Assembly: GCF_009914755.1 (NCBI RefSeq)
Contig: NC_060927.1
Length of the DNA stretch: 64,000 bases
DNA from: the human T2T-CHM13v2.0 reference genome, Homo sapiens
Strand: one strand, 5' to 3'
Numbering within the stretch: the stretch's first letter is position 1; the number at the start of each line of letters is the position of its first letter. The translations under genes and the position numbers were made by a program. The notes under the pieces are model-generated. The model saw nothing but the letters and a program-made list of their open reading frames with translations. It ran no database searches and was not told the DNA's origin. Positions 30,565 to 44,299 of the stretch are shown here, in pieces.

Positions 30565-31538
30565 TTATTAGCATTGACAGGATGGGGGAGAGTGAAAAAG
30601 GGGGCTCAGGTTATAGGCATCCTTGAGCTGGTTTTTAAAAATCTCTTTGGTTTTGGTAGAAACTAGTGTTAGGACAGGAGGAATCACCAAGCACCATCAA
30701 AGAGATGATGGGGAACAGTGGTTAAAGGAAGCACAGTCGACTCCTGCGGGCACCCACACCTAGTGAGAGACTGAGCCTTGTTCACTTTAAAGCAGAGGTT
30801 CAACCATGCAGACAGGGAGGAGGACCAGGTGGGAATCAAGTAGGAAAGAGGAGAGGCTATTAAAAAAATTCATCTTAGGAAAACCACACACAGTTAAGAA
30901 ACCATACAACATGGAACATGTTACGTGTCACAAACAGAAAAGGCACAGAAAGGAGAGACGGTTGGATGAGTTGGGATGAGAGAGACACATGAGGGCCAAA
31001 CAGAACGGGAACATCAAACCAAAGGCAGCAAAGCAAACCAAAGCCAACCCAGGGCTTTCTGAGGTGCAGAGCAGAGGCAGCCAGAAAGCACATGGGAGCT
31101 GGCGGACAGATGACATTCGGGGGCGGGCTGCATGCCACGGGGAGGCCGGGAGCCACATGGCACACACAGACAGACACACGGCTACACTTGGAAGCCTGGA
31201 CAATGTGAACGGAGGTCGTTTGTACCCAGCGTTTCTTTCCTTCATGCATTTGGGAGGTAAACACTCGAGTATAGACTCAAAGCCCTGGCCGGCCAGTTAT
31301 TGGAGCTTGCTTTGGGGTCTCTTATTTCCTGGGGGATTTTGTTTATTTCTTTATTTGTGCTTTGAAAACACAAAACCAAAAAACGAGGCTGGAATCAGAT
31401 GGCCAAACCCAGCCCCAGTGGGATTCTGGGGTGTGTGGAACTGAGTCACAAAACAGCAAGTTCTTTCATTTTCTGTCTCAGTTGTGAACCACACGTCCTG
31501 GGGCCTCAGTTTCCTCCGCTGAAGAATGGGAGGAGGCT

Positions 31539-31595
31539 GGTCATTGAGTCTTCAAGGCTAGTGGAAAGAGCACTGGACTTGGAGGCAGAAAGACC
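31539..31595 (+). ncRNA. MIR378B: pre-miR-378b hairpin (mature ACUGGACUUGGAGGCAGAA, 31572-31590)
   Basis: GUCUUCAAGGCUAGUG pairs with CACUGGACUUGGAGGC; miR-378 family seed CUGGACU; overlaps the 5' end of a MIR; antisense to ATP2B2. Confidence 0.88.
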
Positions 31596-33292
31596 CAACT
31601 TGCATCCTGGCTCTGCCACATCTGGTGCCTTGACTGTGGACAAGCCACACTAGCTCTCTGGTTGTCCTCTGTCCTGCCTCACAGGGTGCAGAGGGACGGG
31701 ACCCTCACTTGGAAGAGAGGTGTCCCTTCTCTGGACTCCTGGGAGGGGCAGCAGTGCCTGTCATCTCAAGAGTCTGATGGGACTTGGGACAAAGGTGCCT
31801 CCTCCTCTCGTCCCAGCCCCAACTCGGAGTGGAGTCAGAGGTGGAGAAAACAAGGCGGCGTTGGCGCCTCCAGGACAGAGCCTTAGTCGGCTGCTGTGTG
31901 CAGGCCAAGTGGCACCCACCTGCAGAGCAGTGGCTGCCCTGCACCACAGGCCTGCGGGGAGGCAGGGGACTGGACGAGACGGTCGTGGGGAGGCCCCTGA
32001 AGTCCCAGGACTTGAGCTCTCAGCGGAACCCAGGGGTAGCTCCTTTGTGAAACCCTGGTGGGGAAAGCCCTCTTTTATGGAAGTGGAGTTTCTAGGTGAC
32101 TGTGGTTGATGATTTTAAGTGTCATCGCTGAAGGTTTGTTTTACTGTTGCAGAGGGAATTCTTTCTAAAGCATGTCATACGCTCCTCTGACTTCTAATTT
32201 AGAGTGCACAGAGAAGAATTTAACATAAGCTTTGTCAATTATCCTTCTTGGTCTTAGGTAAGACCCCATGGATTGTCTTGTTTTTTCTCCCTTGCTGTCA
32301 GTCATCGCTTACTAGTTAGTGCTGACTTTTCTGTTTTCTGAAAAGCACCTCTGTCCTTTCACCTTGCATACTGTGAGCTGGGACTCCAGGGTACCCCACT
32401 TGCTGGAATTGTGCTTTAAATAAGAGGCAACAAGTGCCAAATAAGAGCCAGCCAGACACGGCCTTTATGCTGGTGCTCCATCATGGCCACTGTGGCTGCT
32501 CTGAGCTCTTTCCCCCTGGAGTCCCTCTTTGTGGCTCTGCAGAGATGGTTCATATTCTGATCTCCTGAAAAGTGAGCCGTTACACCTTGATTAACTGAAA
32601 ACAAAGAAGGCGCTGCAGGCCTCAGCTTTCTTGTTTGTAGAATGGGAATAGCATCAAGGCTGTAGCTGCCTAGCCTGGTGCTCAGTGTGTTCTGAGGTTG
32701 AAGTGCAATTCAGATGCTGACTGGAACACCTAGTGTATGTGTGGGGCAGGGGGATGGTGGCAGGACCCTGTCATGTGACTGACAACGCAGAGGGGATGAC
32801 ACACAATGAGATGAGGCCCCTCCGCCCTCCCCGTGGCATGGAGACAACAGAAAAAATGAACTGCTCTGGACAAGACTGTGGGGACGAGACTTTTTGGGAC
32901 ACCCCGCCACGGCCATCTCAAGTCTCCACTTCGGTTCTCTCCGAGGCTGAAATGGAAAAAACTATGGGAAAAAAAAAAAGGCTCTTCCATCTCCCCTCCC
33001 TGCCTACCCTAAAGGTAGGAATTTTTTTTTTTTTTGGCATAAGCTGCATTTGGGCGTGGGGGTGAGGGGAAGGAGAGGAAGGGACCTGGTGAGCGGGGTT
33101 TCAGATGTTTTGGTTTCGTCAGCACAAAGGGAACAGGGAGACCCATGCCCGTTGTCAGAGGGCTCTGAGAAAACGCACAGGCCCTGGTCTGAGATGGGTT
33201 CTACATACTCGAATGTTTACCCGGCTTCAAGGAAGCCAAGAGTCTGGGATTGATTCACATTCATTTCAGGCTCAAGGTTAAAGACTCACAAC

Positions 33293-33347
33293 CTCTTTTA
33301 ATTTCACTCTCTCTTGCTGAACTCTGTGTCCAGGGTTCTCTAGCCCT
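33293..33347 (-). CDS. ATP2B2: ATP2B2 site-C 55-nt alternative exon (adds QG*; stop at 33342-33340)
   Basis: TTTGTTTCCCTAG acceptor; C|AG GGC TAG completes ...AAAGQG*; GT donor gives exactly 55 nt. Confidence 0.85.
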
Positions 33348-36300
33348 CTAGGGAAACAAACACATGGAATATTCAGACAGTGGAGAGGTCTAGGGTTCCC
33401 CCCACAAAGCAAGCCATTTTCTCGCCAACCCAAGGTTGCACTAAATTAGTTACCAAAACGCTAATGAGAAGTCCAGCTTTCTTCCCTTTTTGTTGTCTTC
33501 ATTTCTCCCCCTAACAGTGCAAACTCCTTGCCCTAGGAGTCGTCAGAACCAGGAATCTGCAGGGGAAGTGGGAGCAGGAGGTGCCTTATCTGTCTAGCAA
33601 GGTACGGCGTCCAGAATGTGGCTTGGACCTGGCTTATGGGGCTGGCTCTTGGCTTGGGTGGTTTGAAAGAGCAGGACTTCCACTGATAAACACGGAGCCT
33701 GCTACAGACTTGCTAAGCACAAAGATGGTTTGAGATGAGTTAGGAATTTGAGGCAATGAGAAAGAGAGGCTGTGCGGCTTTGCCTTGGATCGAAGTGTGG
33801 GATGCTAATCTTGTCCTTGATCACCAGTGGGAAGGTGCCCTTCTCCCCAGTCTTGGCCACGCTGGTAGAAGTTCAAGCTGAGAAACAGCTTCCCTGGCCT
33901 TCCCTGGAGGACTGACTCCTTTTCACGATATGAGGCTGTGGGCGTGGGCACTGGTTCCGGAATGGAAGTTCAGCCTCTGTGGCTCCAGGTCTGTGGGCCT
34001 CCTGGGAAGCGGTGTGACTAGTGGGAAGAATGAGGGACTCCGGAGTCTGACCTCTTGCCACGCCCTTGCTGTGGTCACCCTGGCCTCATCAGTGTCTTTC
34101 TCTGCGAAATGGATGTGTTGGCAGGTCCTCCCCTCCCACAATTCAGTGGTGAGGCATCTGTGAAGTAAAGGGAGTGGGGAACTGCTCTGGAAATGTTGAG
34201 TGGGGCTCAGGTATAAGGCAATAGGGACGTGCCATTAAGTTTCCGGGGCAAAAACAACCTCGTTTTTGAGTTAGTCAGAAGAGTGCACCAATTCATTCCC
34301 TCCCGAGCATCCTCGTGCCATGTGCCTTGTGACTGCGGTCAGGCTTACCATGTGCGTCTGTCTGCTGAGGCCTTCATCTTGCGGTGGTGCCGTGGGGAGG
34401 GGAGGGCCTGCGATGTGTTCAGGGGTTTTCCTCACTCCAGTGTCCCAGGTCAGAAGTCAGGCCCTGTCCCAGGCCTTTGTGGTCAACTCTTCATAACCCA
34501 GGGGACAGTGGATTGACTCCTTCCAGGGCACACTGGCTGCAGGTGTTTTTGCCTCAGCAGGCACATGGGCAGCCTCCTCTGCTGGGGAGTCCCCAGGAAG
34601 CAGATCCCCCTCAGAAGGCTGGTGGGGTGCGGTGGGGGTGAAGGAGTTGTGGGGTAGTGGGGCGGCCCACTTCCTCATCCCATCAAATTGGGGCCCTTCT
34701 GTCACTTCCTGGCCACCTGTTTAAACCTCCCTGTGGGAGGAAAGCACACTGGCTTCTGCAGGGACCTTGGCTGGTGTTTAGAGGGTCCTCAGAGTCCTTG
34801 GAGACCAGAGGAGGCAGCACTGTTGTAGACACTACTCAAGCAAAGGAGGCACGAGGCTGTGTTGTCCAAATGTGTGTACTGAAACCACAGAGGCTGTGAT
34901 CCTGTCTGGGAACCAGTGCCCTCAGGCAGGGGTTTGGTCAGGCTCTTTTTAAGACTATAGGCTCAGGAAGGGTCTCAGGAGGGACCCAGAATTACAGGCT
35001 GGATTCTGTCACAGAGGGGGAATGCGAGATTCTCCAGGAGGCATGAAGAGGGAGAGGCAAGATGGTGAGCAGGGTGGGGAGGCCCTGGCCAACCCTGCCG
35101 GGTCCCCTGAGAGAATGAGGGGTCAGGGCAAGGACTGTCAAGTTGGCTTTGGCTGAGCCTCTGCCTGGGCTTCTTTTCCAAGACTGTTCCAAAGTTGGGG
35201 TAACCACGGGCTACAGGGGACTGATCTGGCCTCGAAGGAGGTCAGTGTAGACACATTCCTGTCTAAGCATTTCTGCAGAAATGAAGAAAAGGGCATTTCT
35301 GCAAAGAAGTGTTGTTCCCGGACGGGCCCTATTGAATGGCTTTGCAAATGAGGCAGAAGAAAAGCTGAGAAAGAAGTGGCTGAGGTTTGAGCGGACAGCT
35401 CTAGCTTCCAGGCTGTGAAAGCTAAGATGAGGGGCTGACTCGGGGACGACTTCCAAAGGCAGTGGGGCTGCCCAGCGATGTCAGGTGTGCTCCGTCGTGG
35501 CCAGGGTGAAGTGCTGCCCTTCAAGAAAGAGGCTCAGCTGGGATGGACAAAGAACTGGGCCTTCACCCAGAAGCCAGACTGCTAGCAGGCAGCCCCAGCC
35601 GGAGGGCCGCAGGAGTCATCGGGAGGGGTGGCAGAACAGAAGTGGATTCTTCCCCATGTAGCTCTCCCTGCCGGGACACTTGGTTACCGCACCTCAGGAT
35701 AGGTGGGGGTGCTGAGCAAGGCCAGAGCTGAGTTGGTGCAGAAAGGAGCTGGGAGGTCAGCTGGCTAGGCTGCTGCTAAGGTGAGAGCTCTCTGGTCTAA
35801 AGGGGAGGAGGATGGGACCGGTGTTGCCTTCCCCGAGAAATCCTGGCAGTGACTGCCTAGTGACGGTATCTCATGGAAATGTGACTCAGCCACCATCTGC
35901 TGAAATGCATCTCCATTTCATCTTGGCTCCCCGGTCCTCCCCAGCACTGCGTTTCTGTGCTGACGAATGAGCACTGAGAGGCTCCTTCCCTGCTTTCTGC
36001 TTCTGTCCTGCCGCTATGGGTCGTGGACATTTGCCATCAACAGGCTCCCTGTGGCCCGCGCCTCCTACTGGAGGCACTGAGGGAGGCGCTCCCACCAGCA
36101 CACCGGGTTACCTGCTTGGCTGCAGGGGGTTGTGTTGTGGGTGTTCTGGTTTTGGATGGGGGTAGAGGCCCTTTATAAAGTTTCAAGGGGTGAGCTGGAG
36201 TCTACTTCTCATCAAAGAAGCTGGAGGCTAAGACTGACACTATGCCAATTGGAGAAGACCAGAACCAGGGGCTCCCCTGCAGATCAGAAGCGCCTGACTG

Positions 36301-37438
36301 GAAACATAGCAGGGCGATGGGAGGAAAGACAGACTTGTTCCCCGTGGGGCCCGAAGCCATGGGTCCGGGAAAGAGCTAGACAAAGCCAGCAATGAGTGAT
36401 CTAGATCAGAAGTGGTGGCATGAGGAGATGAGCTTGGCAGGAGGGAGATGAAGGAGGGGCCACAGTCCCAGGCTATCTCTCAGATAAAGGAGGGCAGGAT
36501 GCTGAAGGGCATATCAGGTCCCTCTGGGCCTGCTGGCACCCAGGCAAGATGTGAGGCTCGACCCACCATTTTCTACCAGGGGTCAAGCTGAATGGGCCAG
36601 GGACCTTGTCCTTTCCAGGAAGGGCTTAGAACTTCAGCAAGTTCCAAGCTCAGCCACAGGGAAAGGTGTCTGCAGGGCAGCTGATGCAGTCAAAAGTGCA
36701 AGGGGAGGAGTGACAGGAAGCGGGCAGAGACTCTGAACTGCTGGGGTGCAGCGTCTAGGCTGTGAGCTCCTAGGTGGCCTGGGATCCCTGGCTGACTATG
36801 ACCTCTGACCTGCAGTGACCTCTTGGCTCAACTGTCCCCCTTGACCATGACCCTCATTACTGTGGGTGCCCCCTGACCAACTGGGAAAGTCTGGTTGACG
36901 TGACCCTCTCCTGGGTGGATCCCAATGTGACTGACTGTGACCCTAAGGGGCTTGCTCCCCTTGACCCACAGTGACCCTTCTGCTGACTTTGACTGCAAGA
37001 CTGGGACCTCTTGTCCAACTCCAACCCTTGCCTTGGTGGTCCGGGCTTTTCCTGACCACATATGACCCTAGGCCAGTGGGACACTCTGTGTCCCCTCCAT
37101 GTCTGTCCCCCTCTGGCTGCCGGGACCCTGTGGTGGATTGGGACCATTTGGTCACTGATGTCCTCTTGACCAAGGGTGACCCCTTGACTGAACCAGACTT
37201 TTTGGCCACTTGGGACCCTAATGACCCTCTGACTGACCCTGGTCCACTGAGTGACTGCCACCGCATGACTGGCTATGCTCTCCTGACCAACGGGACCCTC
37301 TTCGGTGGCTGGGACCCTTCATCCCCCTGGGCCTGATTGTGACCGGCTGCCCCCCATGTCCTCTGGTGCCCCAGCCCCTGCCCGCCTGGGAGCTGGCGTG
37401 GGCAGTGCCAGCCGGAGGCAGTAAGGAGTCACACTCAC

Positions 37439-37610
37439 GCCCGGCTGCAGCAGGAGGAAGGCTGGTCGGAGAGGAAAGAGCATTGGACAACGACACGCGA
37501 CTAGGGCTAGAGAGATTGGCTACATCCTGGCTCTGGCTGGTGACCGAGGACTGTCTCCGCAGGGCCCCCTGAAAGGAGGCCCCGCTCTTGAAAGTATTGA
37601 CTACTTCAAT
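37439..37610 (-). CDS. ATP2B2: ATP2B2 site-C alternative exon, 172 nt (PMCA2a); internal donor at 37523 gives the 87-nt form (PMCA2c)
   Basis: IEVVNTFKSGASFQGALRRQSS...PAAAG; CAG/GTGAGT; exact 172 and 87 nt lengths match known site-C splicing. Confidence 0.93.
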
Positions 37611-39425
37611 CTGCAACGGAGGAGAGAACGAGACAAGTTGCGAGAAGAACGAGCACAACGGCTACATGACTGACAGGGCAACGTCACAAGAACAGCCGCA
37701 GCCACGGCAACAACGACAATGTCACTTAAATCAAAACAAAAATACCAGACACACTCCAAGGCTCTGAAAAACGTCTGCTCAGCTCTGGGCCCACCTGCAG
37801 GCCCCAGGGTCCCCGGGAGGACACAGGGGGTCCGGCCTTTGTCCTGTGCTAGTGGCTCAGGGGCCAGTGGGCTGGCCAGTGGGGGAGGCAGTGATTAAAC
37901 ATGGTATCTGGAGGGAAGAGAGCAGTGTTCAGCCTCCCTCAGGTACAGGCGTGGAGGTAGAGGGTGTGGTGGGGGTCCTGAGGTGGACAGAGCTTGGCCT
38001 AAATTCCAGCTCTGTCACTTACTAGCTAGCTGACCTTGGGCAAGCCACCTCTCTGAGTCGAGTTTCTTGTTCTTAAGAAGGGTCAATGCCACCTGCCTGG
38101 CAGGGTTATCTGTAAGTGGCAAAGGACCTGACCCGTGTTAGCATTCCGCAAGAGGCAGGCAAGACAGGCGCCCCTGCCCACTCAAGAAATCGCAGTCCTT
38201 GCTTCCTCCCGTAATCTGGAGACCCCTGCGTGGCTTTGCCGCCAGGGCAGTGACAGCACCAGGGACATATTCACTGAGTTGTCCTGGACCTCCCAGGAGG
38301 TGGGGGCAGGCTGGGAGGGGTGGCTGCGGGGCCCTAACCAGGGAGGGTGAGCCCAGGCCCGTGTCAGGCACCTCCGGGTCTGAAACCGGCTTCCAGTCCC
38401 CACCCCAGCTGTGCCAGCTCAGTAGAAGGGGCCATCTCCTGGACCTTGGTAACCTCTAAAACTGGGGGAGTCACATCTACCTCCCAGGGCTGTGAAGGTC
38501 ACATGAGGTGAGGTTTGGGACAGGGTACAGAGGGGTGGGAGGTGACCCAGGTGAGCTCTCTGCTACATCGGATGGAAATGAGGTGCTGGGCCACAGCTGG
38601 CAGGATGGTGGCCAGGTGGCTGCTTCTACACTGCACTTCGCCCAAGCATGCTGGGGCATGGAGGAGCTCCCACTCCAGCTCCCCAGATGGTCTGGGCAAG
38701 AGACCCACAGAGTCCCTTCTGACCCTCCCCTCGCAGGGCTGTGACAGCACTTGTGAGCTACAACACCTGCTCCAGGCATAAGGGGACCATGTGAGAGCAT
38801 GTGGTATGTGTGTGGGGGGTCGGGGGGAGGCGCGCAGGTGTGTCGTGTGCCACGTGGCAGCCATGCTCTCTCTGCTCTGGGGAAGAAACCTGCTTCTGGC
38901 TGGCTACGCCCTGCACCTGTGCTCCCCTGGTGTGCTTGGTGTGTGCATGTGTGTCTGTGTGTGCTTGAGGATGACTGACCTTTGCTCCCCACAGCCTCTC
39001 CACCCCCTAGGGGAAGCTGGGGAGAGCAACTGAAGCCCCCGTGGAGGCGGCGGACCCCCTGACCACCACGCCCTGGGGGACCCTGGGCGACCTGGCCTGC
39101 AGCTTCTGTCCAGCCTCACACGGCCCCTGTGGGTGGGTGCCCCCAGCCCTGAGCGACAGTCCCCTCACTCACCTCTGCCCTCAGAGCCACCCTTCCCCAC
39201 CCTCTCAGGGAAATCCCCCTGGAGACCACGGTGGGTGTGACCCCTACCACTTCCCCGTGCTGCCCTGAGAGGGCACAATGGGACCTCTCTGAGGAGGCCG
39301 TGCTGTTCCTTAGCAGCCACAGGAGTGGGTGTGCAAGTGGCTGGTGAGAGCTGGCCGGGACCCCTCTGTAGCCACCCTCCCTCAGCACCAGAGCTGGGCC
39401 CTGGGGGGCAGCACAAGCACACTCA

Positions 39426-39764
<339 letters not shown>

Positions 39765-39836
39765 TCACCCAGGCATGTGATCAATCTACTCCTTCACCCA
39801 CCTCACCTGTTCCTCAGCCCAGTCTTTGACAATGCC

Positions 39837-39900
39837 TTTTTTTTTTTTTTTTTTTTTTTTGAGATGGAGTTTCACTCTTGTTGCCCAGGCTGGAGTGCAA
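39837..39900 (-). mobile_element. Severely 5'-truncated Alu (only ~40 nt of 3' end plus tail)
   Basis: T-run then gagatggagtttcactcttgttgcccaggctggagtgcaa. Confidence 0.85.
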
Positions 39901-41539
39901 TTTGCTTTTTAATTCATTCATTCAGAGTCAGGGTACATAGTGGACAATCTTGGCCTCTAGGAGTTGGACAGATGTGGCTTTGAATACCCCAGACAACCCT
40001 GGTCCTGTGGCCTCGGGCAAGTCATTTAACCTCACCGAGCTTTGGTTTTCCTAGCTGTAAAGTGGGGGCCGCTCTGGGCATGGTGAGAACTGGGCACGGT
40101 GGAGGGTCTAACTCGTCCTGCATGAGCCTGGCCCGTGGCTGGCCCTCGGTTCTCCTGGGGTTACTTATTCCTCTGTCCCTTATTCCTCCTGAGGTCACTG
40201 GACCCTGAAGGCAGCCAATCCTGGACTGGGAAGGCAGAATGGGAAAGAGCTATGCCTTCATTCCTAATCTTCCCCAAAAGGCTTGTCCATGGGGCTGAGG
40301 ACCCAGACGCAGGCCCTACAGGAAAGCTGCGGTGGCAGATATCAGAGGCCCCTTCCATTTCCTGTAGGAGCAGTCAGGCGCTGGCATGAATGCAGCCTCA
40401 GGGGGCTCCCTGGGAGTGTAAAGTCAGCACTGCCCGCTGGCATTAACCTTTGTCCTCTGAATCCTTCCCTCAGTTACTGGGCCCAGCCCCCAAGAGCCTC
40501 CTGTAGGGGGTGGGCCCCAGTGGGATAAAGATGGCCTGGCCCCCAGGGTGCCCAGGGGTTTATCACTCTCCAAAGCAGCCCCAAAGGTTACAGGAAGTCC
40601 TTTTGGATGAAACTAAACTTTCTTATTTATCTTTTAGTTAATTTTTGCCCCCGTAGCTTCTCACTCTAGCCTGCAGACAGCTTGAAGGCAAGAAAAATGC
40701 CTCCCACCCATGGGGTCCCACTGCCTGGATGTGTGAGCACCTTGGGAATCAGGCCCCTTAGGCCCTGAGTTGGTTCTGGGCCCTCCTCCCAAGCCCTGTG
40801 TCCTGGGTCAGGAGCCTTTGGGCTGCATGCTCTCAGAGCTGTGACAGGGTCTGGAACTTGGGCAAACGTAGAAAAACGAATTGGTGGGAGAATATTCTGG
40901 GACAAAGCTGGAAGGGCCCCTAAAGAGCATCCAGCCCAAGGAGCCCCAGAGCTGGGGCAGGCACAGCACTGAGGCCACAGATGGCCACAGGCACAGCACT
41001 GAGTAACACCGCAATGTGGCAGAGTGTGTCCTGCTTGCGTTCCCTCTGAGTGCTCTAAAGGATCCTGATTGACGCCAGCCGGCCACCAGCGCCCGCAGAC
41101 CACTGATTCATCTCCCTTCCTAACAAGCTGCTCCAGCCTTGAATCCCTGGCAGGCCATGGCTTCTAGCTGGAGTTTAATAATGTCATTCTCATTACATTA
41201 ATGTTTTTGTTAGCTTCCATTTATGACAAGTGATACTGATTTTTCAGTTGTCTTAGTAACAGGACGTTGCCTTTAAAAACAAATTTAAGTTAAAAAAGCT
41301 GACGTGATTGAGAGAAAATATTACATAAACAACAGGAGCAGTGGTAGATAGATATAAGGCAAAAATCAGAGCAGTAGTACCCAGACGACCAGTATAGGAC
41401 CTGGGACAAGCCCCCTTGCTCAGATGTCCAGAGATAGGGAGGAGCTTGCCTGGGGTCTGGCAGCCCATTCCTGGGGGTCCTGGATTCTCCATCCAGTGCT
41501 GTCTCCCTTGCCCTGCTAACAGGCACCTCCTGCGACCTA

Positions 41540-42327
<788 letters not shown>

Positions 42328-42614
42328 TCAGACTGGAAAACTCATTCTGGACTGCGAGGACAGGATACCTGCGGGAGGTTTTGCGCTGCCCCGAGAGTGC
42401 TGCTTCTTGTTCCTGAGCATGTCCCTTGCTGAGACCTCTACAAGCTCATGGGGCTGTTACTAGAGATGCCAATTCCTATATGGAGCCCAGGACTTCTGGG
42501 CTAGGCTGGCTCTGGACCCTCCCATGTGGCTTCATTCTAACACCTGAGCTGTCACATGGCAGGGCACTGCTGTGTAGACGCTGCTGATAGGGTGTCTGAT
42601 GCAGTCCTCTATCC

Positions 42615-43029
<415 letters not shown>

Positions 43030-43861
43030 TCAAGCCAGCAAGCCGACCAGGACCCCCGCTCTCCTCTCCTCTCCAACCCCTCCACCTCCTCTGAGTCTCT
43101 TCTAGTTCTGCATATAAGTGGCTTCCTCTAAGCTTTTTCATGGTAAGTTTTACAACAGTAAAATGTGTCCTGACAACACACTACTTTCAAAATTTATAAA
43201 AGGCAACTAACTGCCTTTGAGGAATGGATCCATGCCCACCTCCATCACACTCTGGGCTTTGAGGACAAGTGAAAGGCCAGCTCCGGGAGGCTCCTGTAAG
43301 GAGAGAACTGGCCCTGATTCCATGTGGGACTGCGGGCCAGACCCTTCCCCTCTCTGGGCCTCTGTTTCCCCATCTGTGACCTGGGGATAGGCTTTGTTGG
43401 GATTGCCTCCGAAGCATCTGTGGAAACCAGGCCAGTCTTGGCCCCAGCCAGACCTGGTTCTGTGCCCAGACTCTTCCTCAGACTGGCTGTGTGCCCTTGG
43501 GCAAGTCACCTCACCTCTCTGAGCCTTGGTGCCCTCGTTTGTAATGTGGGGTGGAGGCAAATGTGCTTGCCTCACTGAGTGGAAGACCCAACCAGGCAGC
43601 CCAAGTGGAAGCATTGTGAGAATCGGTGGTGGTGTGAGCGTGTATGCCCTGCCCCAGGAAGCCTTGCTGAGGGTCCCTTCCACGGGGCCAGGATAAGGTG
43701 CTGGAATGGGTCAGAGAAGGGGTGAGTCACTCCCCTCCCAGCCTCAGGTGCCTCTGGGGCTGCCATGCAGTGCTTCAGCACCCGGTCAGGGCCTTGCACG
43801 GTCTGTACTTGTTGCCAGGAGCTGTCACCAGTGGAGAAAGCCACTGATGGCTTTAGGGTTA

Positions 43862-44299
<438 letters not shown>

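Noticed and set aside
43774-43793. RE1/NRSE-like TTCAGCACC-C-GGTCAGGGCC (and a partial match at ~38253)
   Set aside because: Spacer is 1 nt rather than the canonical 2, or the right half is degenerate; not supportable without ChIP data
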